From a virus: 64,000 nucleotides of DNA. Position 1 is the stretch's first letter. Each line of letters begins with the position of its first letter. The stretch covers positions 7,782-71,781 of the IMG/VR virus record IMGVR_UViG_3300038809_000021, one strand, 5' to 3'. Positions 46,982 through 56,358 of this stretch are shown one piece after another. Position numbers and translations under genes: made by a program. Under the pieces are notes generated by a model that saw nothing but the letters and a program-made list of their open reading frames with translations, ran no database searches and was not told where the DNA came from.

Positions 46982-49048
46982 ATGGATCGTACCAAACGCA
47001 TCGCGATAGTCCGGGAGTCGATTGTAAAAATCGCCCAGATTCTGTCGGACAACAAGGTTCTCGTGACGCAAGCGGGCGTGAAAGCCTTCGTGAAATACGA
47101 CGAGCGCACCCACAAAGCCACTCGCGTCAACTTGCCGATGATCCCGGACGACGCCAGCGAAGAGCTGATCGATTCGATTCAAGGCTTCCTTGATAGCGAA
47201 ATCTCCAAAGTCCTGTATGCAGACGGCAAGTCCAACCTGCGTGCGAACCACGAAAACATGAGCGGCCTGTACAACCCGCTCGAATCCTTCTTCTGCGAAA
47301 AGAAGATGGTCGAGAACTTCGCAGGCTCGCGTCACAACCTCGCGAACATGCACCAAACGTTCGTGGACAAGTTCATCGAACCCAAGCTTAAAGAAGCGCT
47401 TGCAAATGGCGCCGACGAGCAAGAGCTGTTCCAGACCCTGGCGATTCCAGCACTGCGCGCCTGGGGCGGTCAGAAGTTCTTCCAGGACTACATGTCCGAT
47501 AAGTGGTCGCTGATTGCGGGCATTCAGAAGCAGCTCGACCCAATCGCAAGCAAGATGGCCGGCATGACCAAGCCGGAAGACTGCTACGAAATGGCGAAAG
47601 AAATTCGCAACGTCGTGATGGGTGAGCCGCCAGAGGGTGACGGTGATAACCCCTTCGGTGATCCTGATCCGTCCAAAGGTGGCGGTGGTGGAGGCGGTGG
47701 CGGTAAGGGTTCGGGTAAAGGCAAAGGTGGCGCTGGTGCCAAGTCTGGCAAAGGCGATGCTGGTTCGCTCGACGATGACGACGAGAAAGAAGACCCGAGT
47801 GCCGGTGGTCCGCCAGAAGATGGTGAAGAGGAAGAAGAGGGCGAGGAAGACGGCGAAGACGGCGAAGACGAAGTAGAAGAGGAAGAAGAGGGCGAGGAAG
47901 AAGACGAATCGCCGAAGCCTGAGCCAGAAGATGAAGGCGCAGGTGGTTCGAGCGCTGACTCTCGCACCAAGCAGGGCGAAACCCCGCCAGCAACCGAAGA
48001 CACAGCGTCCGGCCAGCAAGACTACGGCGGCGCCAGCTACATGAAAGACTTCGACTGGGACAAGATTCAGGACATTGGCGACGAGTTCGGCCAGTACGTC
48101 ACTGACCTCTGCTCCAGCGAAATGGAAGCAGAGGACTACACCATCTTCACTCGCGAATGGGATCAGCTCGATCCGCCTCAGATTCCGAAGGGTTTCAAGG
48201 TCGAGTGGGTCGATCGCATGGAAGAGCAGATTCAAGGCATGGTCGGCCCGGTGTCACGCAACCTGGAGCGTGCGTTCGCTGCGCGTAACAAGAGCTTGAC
48301 GCAACAGGGGCTCAAGAAAGGCAAGCTGTCTTCGAACAACCTGTATCGTCTGGTCGCAGGTGATGACCACATCTACAAAGGCAAGATCGAACACAAGACC
48401 CGAGACATCGCAGTGTCGCTGGTGATCGACTGCTCCGGCTCGATGGGTGGCAGCAAGATCAACACCGCAATGTGCAGCGCCTGGGTAATGGCTGATGTGT
48501 TGCAGCGCCTGGGTGTTGATTGCGAAATCATGGGCTTCACCACCGGCGACCTGAGTTCTGCCCACAGTCGTGAGCTGTACGACGAACTGCGGGACGAGTA
48601 CAGCAAGGGTCGTAGCTGGGACCGGACAGAGCCGATCCGCATGCCTTTGTTCAAGAGCTTCCGGGAGAAGTTCAGCAACACCATCAAGGCTCGCATGGCC
48701 AGCTATGCACACGTCCAGGGTGGTATGTCGGGCAACATCGACGGCGAGTCCGTGCAGTATGCCTACGAGTCCCTGAATCGACACGCTCGCAAGGGCAAGC
48801 CGAAGGGTCGGATGATGATCGTGTTCAGCGATGGTCAGCCAGCAGCAGGTGTTGACGGTCGCAAGCTGAACGCTCACCTGAAAAGCACTGTGAAGCGGAT
48901 CGAAGCTGACGGCGTGAACATCGTGGGCGTCGGCATCATGTCGAACGCAGTGCAGCACTTCTACCGCAAGAACGTGAAACTGGACAACGTGGAAGAGTTG
49001 CCGGGCATCGTTCTCAAAGAGCTTCGGGACGCGCTGCTTGCCAGCTAA
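46982..49048 (+). CDS. cobT: CobT-like vWA-domain protein
   Basis: Gly/Glu-rich linker, MIDAS DCSGSMG, GNIDGE, VFSDGQP. Confidence 0.85.
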   Translation: MDRTKRIAIVRESIVKIAQILSDNKVLVTQAGVKAFVKYDERTHKATRVNLPMIPDDASEELIDSIQGFLDSEISKVLYADGKSNLRANHENMSGLYNPLESFFCEKKMVENFAGSRHNLANMHQTFVDKFIEPKLKEALANGADEQELFQTLAIPALRAWGGQKFFQDYMSDKWSLIAGIQKQLDPIASKMAGMTKPEDCYEMAKEIRNVVMGEPPEGDGDNPFGDPDPSKGGGGGGGGGKGSGKGKGGAGAKSGKGDAGSLDDDDEKEDPSAGGPPEDGEEEEEGEEDGEDGEDEVEEEEEGEEEDESPKPEPEDEGAGGSSADSRTKQGETPPATEDTASGQQDYGGASYMKDFDWDKIQDIGDEFGQYVTDLCSSEMEAEDYTIFTREWDQLDPPQIPKGFKVEWVDRMEEQIQGMVGPVSRNLERAFAARNKSLTQQGLKKGKLSSNNLYRLVAGDDHIYKGKIEHKTRDIAVSLVIDCSGSMGGSKINTAMCSAWVMADVLQRLGVDCEIMGFTTGDLSSAHSRELYDELRDEYSKGRSWDRTEPIRMPLFKSFREKFSNTIKARMASYAHVQGGMSGNIDGESVQYAYESLNRHARKGKPKGRMMIVFSDGQPAAGVDGRKLNAHLKSTVKRIEADGVNIVGVGIMSNAVQHFYRKNVKLDNVEELPGIVLKELRDALLAS

Positions 49049-49141
49049 ACCCCGTATCTTCCCCATTCGTGCGCTCATATAATGAGCGCACACAATGAAA
49101 CACAAGCTTCAAACTTAAATTCAAACAGCGAGGATGTACCA

Positions 49142-50389
49142 GTGAGCGAAGTAGTCAGCGACAAAATGATCAAGTGCGAAATCTGCGGCGAAGAAACCCA
49201 TGCGATCGCCAAGCACTTGAAGGATGCACACGGCGAAGACAGCAAGACCCCAAAAACCCTCGCTGAATATCGTGCCGAATATCCGGGTTCGCCTCTGCTG
49301 TCCGATAAAGCCAAAGCTCACGTCGCCAAGCAGCAGAAAGCTCGCGAAGACGCCGAAGCAGAAGCAGCAGCCGCCAATCCAGGTGAAGGCGAGAAGCCGG
49401 CCGCGAAACCAGGCGCCAGCCCTGACGTGACCAGCGTGTTCTTCCACGAAGCGTTCCGCTTCCCGAAAAGCACCAAGTCTGCATACACCAAAGCGGGCAA
49501 GGGTATCCCATGCACTGCTGACGCCCGAACTGGCGACGGCTACGAACACATGGTCCCGGCCTGGAACGACAACTACATCCTGAACCCGGAACTGACGAAG
49601 ACCGTGATGATGGGTCTTGAGCTGCGCACTCCGATCTTCTTGTACGGCCACTCCGGTGTTGGTAAGTCGTCGATCTTCAAGCAGATGTCCGCCGCTCTGA
49701 ATCGTCGTCTGTTCCGCTTCCAGCACACAGTCGATACCGAAGAGTCGCACATCGTTGGTCAGTGGGTCGTGAAGCCTCACATCAACCCTGACGGCAACGC
49801 TGTATCTGTGACCGAGTTCGAGCTGGGTCCATTGCCTCTCGCGATGATCAACGGTTGGCTGTACCTCGCTGACGAAATCGACCGCTCTTCGCCGACCGTG
49901 CTGTCTGCGTATCAAGCGATTCTCGAAGGCGAACCGCTGATCATCAAGAACGCCCCAGCCCACATGCGTATCGTGAAGCCGCACCCACTGTTCGCATTCG
50001 CTGCGACGGGTAACACGAACGGTACCGGTGACCAGTCTGGTCTGTATCAAGCAACGATCACCCAAGATGCCGCGACCATCGAGCGTTTCGGTGTTGTAGC
50101 TCAAGTGGACTACCCACCTGAGAAGCAAGAAATCGCCATGATCGCTGCTGCAACCGGCTTGAACGAAGCTGACGCGGGCAAAATCCGCCGCTTCGCTGAC
50201 GAGATTCGCAACAAGGCGTTCCCGAACACTGTGTCGCTGACCATCGGGCCTCGTGTTGCCATCAACATCGCGAAAATCGGCATGATGAAAGCTGACTTCG
50301 TGGAAGGCGCAATGTACGCTTACGCGAATCGTCTGCCAGAAGCAGAGCGTGAAGCTGCCATCGGTGTTGCGAAGCGTATTCTCGCGTAA
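49142..50389 (+). CDS. cobS: CobS/MoxR-like AAA+ ATPase with N-terminal zinc finger
   Basis: CEIC ... HLKDAH zinc finger; GHSGVGKS, YLADEIDR, ATGNT, AATIERF. GTG start after GAGG; the ORF-track ATG overlaps the -10 box. Confidence 0.88.
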   Translation: MSEVVSDKMIKCEICGEETHAIAKHLKDAHGEDSKTPKTLAEYRAEYPGSPLLSDKAKAHVAKQQKAREDAEAEAAAANPGEGEKPAAKPGASPDVTSVFFHEAFRFPKSTKSAYTKAGKGIPCTADARTGDGYEHMVPAWNDNYILNPELTKTVMMGLELRTPIFLYGHSGVGKSSIFKQMSAALNRRLFRFQHTVDTEESHIVGQWVVKPHINPDGNAVSVTEFELGPLPLAMINGWLYLADEIDRSSPTVLSAYQAILEGEPLIIKNAPAHMRIVKPHPLFAFAATGNTNGTGDQSGLYQATITQDAATIERFGVVAQVDYPPEKQEIAMIAAATGLNEADAGKIRRFADEIRNKAFPNTVSLTIGPRVAINIAKIGMMKADFVEGAMYAYANRLPEAEREAAIGVAKRILA

Positions 50390-50405
50390 CACGGCAGTAC
50401 CCTAG

Positions 50406-50434
50406 AAAAGCAGGTCTTCGTGACCTGCTTTTTT
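50406..50434 (+). terminator. Intrinsic (possibly bidirectional) terminator
   Basis: AAAAGCAGGTC / GACCTGCTTTTTT. Confidence 0.85.
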
Positions 50435-50458
50435 GTCTTCAACGACAGGAGCTGGTGG

Positions 50459-51004
50459 ATGCAATACGACAAGCCCGGTTGCTTCGGGCACGCCACGACC
50501 TACAGCGAAAAGTCCAAGACGTGCCTTGAGTGTGACGACCGAACAGAGTGCGCCCTGATTGCCAGGCAGCGCATCACCGAACTCAGCGCCATCATCAGCG
50601 TGGATGCAATCCTAAAAATGTCCCACAAATCGACTTTCGATCCCACGAAACCGCAACTGCGGTTCGACTCAGATTTACCCGCAACAGCCCAGAAGCTTAT
50701 TGCTATGATTCCTCACAATGCACAGCGCACAGCAGCGGGGCTGATCAGAACCAAGATCAACTTCCGCAAGGCTCTCCTGGGCAACGTGAACCCGATCAAA
50801 GATCAGAAGCCGCTCGCGGTATCTGTTCTGTTCGACCTGCTGCTACAGGGGCCGGTGGACCGCTTCACGTACATGCTGACCTTGAAAGAGAAGCTGGGTC
50901 ACTCACCAGCTACAGCAGCTTCACAAGCTTCAATTGGATTCGCGGTCGTGACCGGGCTCGGTATTGCCAAGATCGACGGCGAGAAACTAATCATCAGAGG
51001 TTGA
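50459..51004 (+). CDS. Hypothetical protein with N-terminal Cys motif
   Basis: PGCFG ... CLECDDRTEC; AGGAG RBS. Confidence 0.7.
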   Translation: MQYDKPGCFGHATTYSEKSKTCLECDDRTECALIARQRITELSAIISVDAILKMSHKSTFDPTKPQLRFDSDLPATAQKLIAMIPHNAQRTAAGLIRTKINFRKALLGNVNPIKDQKPLAVSVLFDLLLQGPVDRFTYMLTLKEKLGHSPATAASQASIGFAVVTGLGIAKIDGEKLIIRG

Positions 51005-51007
51005 CCT

Positions 51008-54000
51008 ATGCACGTTCTCGTAGGAGCCAAGACCCACTTTAGTCTGGGCGAGTCCATTCTCCACCCGGAGAAGCTCGTCAAGGCTGCATCAGGGGCCGGG
51101 TTCGAAGGGGTGGTCGTAACGGACGTTGCCTCGATAGACGCAATGCCGATCATGATGGCCAAGAAGGGCGATCTGAAAATTGGGCTCGGTACCCAAGTCG
51201 CTGTGGTCGAGGACTTGTCCTGGGCGCCAGCAAAACGGGGCCAGCCAAAGGTCAAGCCCAATCCGATGTTCATGCCGACGCTGTTCGTCCGCAATGACGA
51301 AGGCTTCGGTGACTTGACAGAGCTGCTGACCCTGGCCCAAGACGAGGCCCACTACTGCGTCAAGCCAGCGCGTTCGCAGCTCACGCTGGATGAACTGCTG
51401 TCGTTCGTAGAGCGGGGCAACCTCACGATGACGCTGGGCAGCGCTTACAGCGCGCTACAGCTCAAGAACAGCGCAGACGTGCTGTCACGTATCGCGAGCG
51501 CAACAGACGTCACACAAGCGCTTATAGAGCTTTGCCCAGTCAACAGCGCTTTCTATGATCAGCACAACGCGCGCGCACTCAAAGCAGCGCACGAGTATGG
51601 CTTCGACGTCATGCTGACCCGGCCCACGCTGAATCAGAAAGACGAGGTGGGGTTCCGCAATACGATGGACTGCATCTTGAGCCATGCGAAGGTCACAGAA
51701 ATGTGGCGTCGTGAACCACCGGCCGACTTGCATGTGATGGGCACAGCCGAGTTCGAAGACGAATGGCGGTCAGCATCAGCACGCGCAGCACGTCTCAACG
51801 GCATGAACCCGCACCGGGCACTGGATTATTTCCAGAAGGCTTCGCTGCACAGCGACCAATACTTCGACAACCACCCGTATGAGTGGAAGAAGATGTCGCC
51901 AAGTCTGCCAGCGATGTCGAAGAACCCGATTGCCGACGTGATCGCCATCTGCAAGCAGGGCTGGAAGAATCGCCTGAGTCGCGAAGTGTTCGGCTACAAG
52001 CCAGACGCATCGAAGCTGCCCGAGTACCAGGCTCGCCTCAAGTATGAGCTGTCGATCCTCCAGAAGATGGAGTTCGAAGACTACTTCCTGCTGGTTCACT
52101 ACATCACCAACTGGTCGAAAGAAAACGGCATCATGGTTGGACCGGGCCGGGGTTCTGTCGGGGGTTCACTCGTTGCATACCTGATGAACATCACCGACGT
52201 GGACCCAATTCGCTTCGGCTTGATCTTCGAACGTTTCATCAACCCGGAACGTATCGACTTGCCCGACATCGACCTCGACTTCATGCAGAGTCGGCGTCAG
52301 GACATCGTTGACCACCTGGTGAGCAAGTTCGGTGAGGACCATGTGGTTCAGATCGCCAACTACAACACCATCGCGGGCAGCGGAGCCATCCAGGCAGCAG
52401 CGAAAGCATTCAACCTGTTCCCTGATCAGTACGATTGCAGCAAGCTGGTGCCGAAAGAGTCGGGTGTGCCGGTGAAGCTTGAGACGGCCGTGACCTACGT
52501 GCCCGAGCTGGAGAATATGGCTCTGAACCACCCGGAGGTCTGGGCGCACGCAGTGGGTCTACAGGGCACGTTCAAGAACTTCGCGAAGCACGCCGCAGGT
52601 GTCGTCGTTGCAGGCTGTAAAGTGCAGGACAGGGGCGTTATCAACCGGCGCAGCGGTGTAGGCATCGTCAACTGGGACAAGCGCGTCGTCGAAGACTTCG
52701 GCTTGATCAAACTCGACGTGCTGGGTCTCGCCAACTTGGACATCGTTCGTCTGAGCCGGGACTACATTCGCGAAGCACACGGGATCGAGGTCGATTACAC
52801 CTCGCTCAAACTCGACGACAGGAAGGTGCTGGACAACTTCGCAGCGGGCAAGACCTATGGTGTCTTCCAGTTCGAAGGCGGCGGCATGAAGAAGCTGCTC
52901 AAGGACTTGGGCATCGACGGGAACCTGAGCTTCGAAGACTGCGTTGCGGCGACAGCACTGTTCCGACCCGGTCCGATTCAAGCTGGTCTGATGGACATGT
53001 ACGTCGCGATCAAGAAGGGCTTCCAAGAGCCGGAGTATCTGCACCCGAACATGAAGGCTGCACTTGAGCCAACGATGTCTGTGATGGTGTACCAGGAACA
53101 GGTCATGCAGATCAGTCGTGACCTCGCCGGGTACACGTTCCCAGAGGCTGACGGGCTTCGAAAAATCATGGGTAAGAAAGACCCCGTGAAAATGGCCGAA
53201 CAGCGCGACAAGTTCGTTGACGGCTGCATTGCCACGTCGGGTATCGATCACACCACAGCCACGTTCATCTTCAACCAGATCGACAAGTTCGCCGGCTATG
53301 GCTTCAACAAGTCCCACTCCGTTGCGTACACCCTGATCAGCTACATGACCATGTGGACGAAGACCTACTACCCAGAGGCTTTCTTTGCCGCTTGTCTGTC
53401 GATTCTCGACGAGCAGAAGCTGGCCGGGCTGGCAAAGGATGCGCTGACGCACGACATCTACATTGTGCCGCCTGACATCAACCACAGCTCTGATCGGTAT
53501 GAGGTGGGGTTCGATGCAGCGCGGGGTCAGAAGATCCTCTACGCGCCGTTCCAGTCGATCAAGGGTCTGTCTGAGAAAGGGGCCAATGCGATCATCGAAG
53601 CCCGCAAGAAGCTGGGTCGCCCGTTCAAGAACAAGGCTGAAATGATCCTGAACGTTGACCGCAGGGCGTGCAACAAGCGTCAGCAGGAGAACCTGGAGCT
53701 GGTCGGGGCGTTCGCTTCGATTGAGCCAGGCAGTCTCGACGCAAGACACCCGGATCGATTGCGTGACCAGAAGGTTCTGCTACCGGGTATCGTGGTGGGC
53801 AACGTCAAGGCAACGCGGGGTATCGAAGTCGATGGCGTCGTGACAGCCGAGCTGATCAAGATCGTTGACGAGGCTGCATCTTGCACGGCTTGCCCGTTCG
53901 CAGGGCGACCACACCCTCAACCTGGGCTGGGCAAGAAGCCGAAGATGATGATCGTCTGTGACTCGCCAAGCTGGAAGGAGGAAGAGAAGGGTCAGATGGG

Positions 54001-54391
54001 CGTGGGCGACACAGGGAAGTTTATCAAAGAAGCCATCGCAGCAGCAGGCTTGAAGATGTCTGAGGTGTACATCACCAGCTTCATCAAGGCTCGCAAGACC
54101 AAAGAGGAAGAGCTGGAGAACTCGACCATCAACGGGTGCAGCAAATTCCTGGAGCGAGAGATTGCCCTGATGAAGCCGCCGGTGATCGTCGCTCTCGGCA
54201 GCAAGGTCGCACGACACCTGATCCCTGACGTCAAGGGCGGGTGGGAAGAGAACTGCGGGAAGTCGCATTTCAGCCCGACCACAGACTGCACGGTCGTGAT
54301 GGGATTCAACCCGGCGATGATCTGCTTCGATGCCACGAAACAGGCCACGCTGAACGCGGTATTTGCACAGGTAGCTGAGATTTTCGCTTGA
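51008..54391 (+). CDS. dnaE: DNA polymerase III alpha (family C) with C-terminal family-4 UDG-like domain
   Basis: PHP-like N-terminus, GPGRGSVGGSL, LPDIDLDF, KLDVLGL, YGFNKSHS; C-terminal CTAC ... IVCDSP ... EREIALMKPPVIVALG. Confidence 0.93.
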   Translation: MHVLVGAKTHFSLGESILHPEKLVKAASGAGFEGVVVTDVASIDAMPIMMAKKGDLKIGLGTQVAVVEDLSWAPAKRGQPKVKPNPMFMPTLFVRNDEGFGDLTELLTLAQDEAHYCVKPARSQLTLDELLSFVERGNLTMTLGSAYSALQLKNSADVLSRIASATDVTQALIELCPVNSAFYDQHNARALKAAHEYGFDVMLTRPTLNQKDEVGFRNTMDCILSHAKVTEMWRREPPADLHVMGTAEFEDEWRSASARAARLNGMNPHRALDYFQKASLHSDQYFDNHPYEWKKMSPSLPAMSKNPIADVIAICKQGWKNRLSREVFGYKPDASKLPEYQARLKYELSILQKMEFEDYFLLVHYITNWSKENGIMVGPGRGSVGGSLVAYLMNITDVDPIRFGLIFERFINPERIDLPDIDLDFMQSRRQDIVDHLVSKFGEDHVVQIANYNTIAGSGAIQAAAKAFNLFPDQYDCSKLVPKESGVPVKLETAVTYVPELENMALNHPEVWAHAVGLQGTFKNFAKHAAGVVVAGCKVQDRGVINRRSGVGIVNWDKRVVEDFGLIKLDVLGLANLDIVRLSRDYIREAHGIEVDYTSLKLDDRKVLDNFAAGKTYGVFQFEGGGMKKLLKDLGIDGNLSFEDCVAATALFRPGPIQAGLMDMYVAIKKGFQEPEYLHPNMKAALEPTMSVMVYQEQVMQISRDLAGYTFPEADGLRKIMGKKDPVKMAEQRDKFVDGCIATSGIDHTTATFIFNQIDKFAGYGFNKSHSVAYTLISYMTMWTKTYYPEAFFAACLSILDEQKLAGLAKDALTHDIYIVPPDINHSSDRYEVGFDAARGQKILYAPFQSIKGLSEKGANAIIEARKKLGRPFKNKAEMILNVDRRACNKRQQENLELVGAFASIEPGSLDARHPDRLRDQKVLLPGIVVGNVKATRGIEVDGVVTAELIKIVDEAASCTACPFAGRPHPQPGLGKKPKMMIVCDSPSWKEEEKGQMGVGDTGKFIKEAIAAAGLKMSEVYITSFIKARKTKEEELENSTINGCSKFLEREIALMKPPVIVALGSKVARHLIPDVKGGWEENCGKSHFSPTTDCTVVMGFNPAMICFDATKQATLNAVFAQVAEIFA

Positions 54392-54456
54392 TTGCCCAGC
54401 GTCAAAATCAGTTAATGACACACGTTTTTCATTCACACACAGCGAGACGTCAAAAC

Positions 54457-55728
54457 ATGACCACAGAAGTAGATAACGTCGATGATCTTGAGGCATTGCT
54501 TGCCGGCCTTGAAGACGATGACGGGCTGAGCGACCTCGAAGGTCTTGAAGACGAACCGGCACCGGCTCCAGTAGCTGAGAAGCCAGCTCGCAAGCCTCGT
54601 GCCCCATCGAAGCCCAAAGCTGCGCCTGCTCCAGAAGCAGACGATGATCTGAGCGACCTCGAAGGTCTCGACGACGAGCCAGCGAAACCGGTGCCTGTCA
54701 CTGACGAAGACGTTGAAGACGCCGACCTGGTTGGCATCGAAGACGACCTGACCGAAGTAGCAGCGCCAGCAGTCAAGCCGACTCGCAACGTGGGTCCGAT
54801 CACCGAAGCAGTTGTCGATGCCCAGGAAGACCCGCTCGAACTGGCTGACAAGATCATCGCTCTGACCCAGGAGCTGACGGTCGCCGCAGTCAAGCACAGC
54901 GATCTGACCGAAGAGCAAGTCTCCGACCGTCTGAACGCAGTCATTTCCACGATCGGCGCCGGTGACAAGTTCGTTGACATCGCCAAGCAGATGCGTGACG
55001 CGGTGATCAAGCCCGACGACGAACCGTTCGAAGTTGACGAGCTGACTGAAACCGTATCGGTCAAGGGTGCAGAAGTTGTCGAGCCTGAACCAGAAGTGCC
55101 GGCCCCGGTCGCTCTCGAAGGCGATGACGACGCTGAAATGGAAGCCCTGCTCGCTGCATCGGTTGACGAAAGCGCAGACCTGGCGACCGCTACAGCAGCT
55201 CCTGCGGGCACTGCCAAGTCGATCACGCCGAAGACTATCCGCCCGACGTTCAACCCAAGCGGCGACTTGAAGACGTTCATCGACCCGGATCGCCTCCAGG
55301 ACGACCTGAACTTCTCGACCAACAACATCAGCTTGGCCATGACCCGGCAAGCTGCGCTGTTCGCTCACTACTCGAACCTGTCCGCACAGGCCGCGTATCA
55401 GCATGACCGAGCGAAGCAGCAAGTGGAGCTTCTGGAAGCCAATCTGGACCAGAAATTCCGTGATTCGCTGACGATGGCCGGGACGAAGTTCACCGAGACT
55501 TCCCTCAAGTCGTTGATTACAAAGGACAGCAGCTATCAAGCCGCAGTCACCCGCGCTCACGAAGCCCGGGCGATTGCGAAGATGGTCGATACTGCTGCCG
55601 ATAGCTTCCGTCACCGCAAAGACATGCTGATCCAAGTCGGCGCCGATCTGCGGGAAGAGAAGAAGGGGAACCTGGTGATGAAAGAGCATCCAGGCCAAGC
55701 AGCCACTCGTGCAATGAAGGGTGAATAA
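54457..55728 (+). CDS. UvsY-like recombination mediator with long acidic N-terminal extension
   Basis: C-terminal helical ~140 aa (FAHYS ... FTETSLKSLITKD ... DSFRHRKDMLIQ) resembles T4 UvsY; N-terminal Asp/Glu/Pro/Ala-rich region. Confidence 0.6.
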   Translation: MTTEVDNVDDLEALLAGLEDDDGLSDLEGLEDEPAPAPVAEKPARKPRAPSKPKAAPAPEADDDLSDLEGLDDEPAKPVPVTDEDVEDADLVGIEDDLTEVAAPAVKPTRNVGPITEAVVDAQEDPLELADKIIALTQELTVAAVKHSDLTEEQVSDRLNAVISTIGAGDKFVDIAKQMRDAVIKPDDEPFEVDELTETVSVKGAEVVEPEPEVPAPVALEGDDDAEMEALLAASVDESADLATATAAPAGTAKSITPKTIRPTFNPSGDLKTFIDPDRLQDDLNFSTNNISLAMTRQAALFAHYSNLSAQAAYQHDRAKQQVELLEANLDQKFRDSLTMAGTKFTETSLKSLITKDSSYQAAVTRAHEARAIAKMVDTAADSFRHRKDMLIQVGADLREEKKGNLVMKEHPGQAATRAMKGE

Positions 55729-56229
55729 ATGATCGTAACTCCTACGGAGTTGCAACTGATCGGCGGTGGGGCTGTATTGCTCACCGCTCTCGGGAGCTAC
55801 TGGTTCTTCAAACGTCGCAGTGATCGTGCTGCGGCCAACATCAACAAGACCGAACAGCACAGCGACCAGTTCGACAAGATCATGCAGACGCTGGAAGAAG
55901 ACAACGGCAACAAGCGTCAAGGCGGTGATCGTCGCAAGAACCCTGAGCAGCGCCGGGTTCAGCAGCGCCCAATGCCAGGCAGCAGTCATGAGCCAGCGCG
56001 TTCGCGAGACGCAGCAATTCGTGAAGCCATGACTCGTGACGCTGCCAAGCCGCGGGTTTCGCCAGAACAGTCGTCTGCAAATCGGTTGCGTGATCAGCAG
56101 GAAGAAGAGCTGCGCCGTCAGAACGACGAAGACGCGAATCTGCTGACCACCCTGGCCGTGATTCAAGCGACTGGCAGCGACCCGGCTCCAGCTTCCAGCG
56201 ACCCCGGTAGCTGCTCTTCGAGCGACTGA
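55729..56229 (+). CDS. Single-pass membrane protein with low-complexity tail
   Basis: N-terminal TM followed by FFKRR; ends SSDPGSCSSSD. Confidence 0.7.
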   Translation: MIVTPTELQLIGGGAVLLTALGSYWFFKRRSDRAAANINKTEQHSDQFDKIMQTLEEDNGNKRQGGDRRKNPEQRRVQQRPMPGSSHEPARSRDAAIREAMTRDAAKPRVSPEQSSANRLRDQQEEELRRQNDEDANLLTTLAVIQATGSDPAPASSDPGSCSSSD

Positions 56230-56310
56230 TACCACTAGCAGAGCTACAAGCAACACAGTAGAATCATCACATCAGACAGGGCGTCGAAGCTGACGCCCGA
56301 CTTGGTACTT

Positions 56311-56342
56311 TTCGACACTTCGACACTTCGACATATCGACAT
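56311..56342 (+). repeat. Four tandem 8-mers (TTCGACAC x2, TTCGACAT, ATCGACAT) in the SSB leader
   Basis: Read directly; ends 4 nt before the GGAG RBS. Confidence 0.9.
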
Positions 56343-56358
56343 TATTGGAGCAACACAA

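Noticed and set aside
46982-50389. Cobalamin biosynthesis (cobaltochelatase)
   Set aside because: cobN and all other cob genes are absent.
6567-54391. Inteins or introns in terL, dnaB, dnaE or recA
   Set aside because: Protein lengths and motif spacing look normal; no Cys/Ser ... His-Asn splice junctions or interruptions noticed.
54388-54416. Seventh CCC-class promoter (TTGATT-GCCCAG ... GTTAAT)
   Set aside because: CCCAG is at the right distance but the -10 (GTTAAT) lacks the conserved TA; left out of the motif count.
56311-56342. CRISPR array or iterons
   Set aside because: 8-bp units with no spacers, inside an mRNA leader; no cas or rep gene adjacent.
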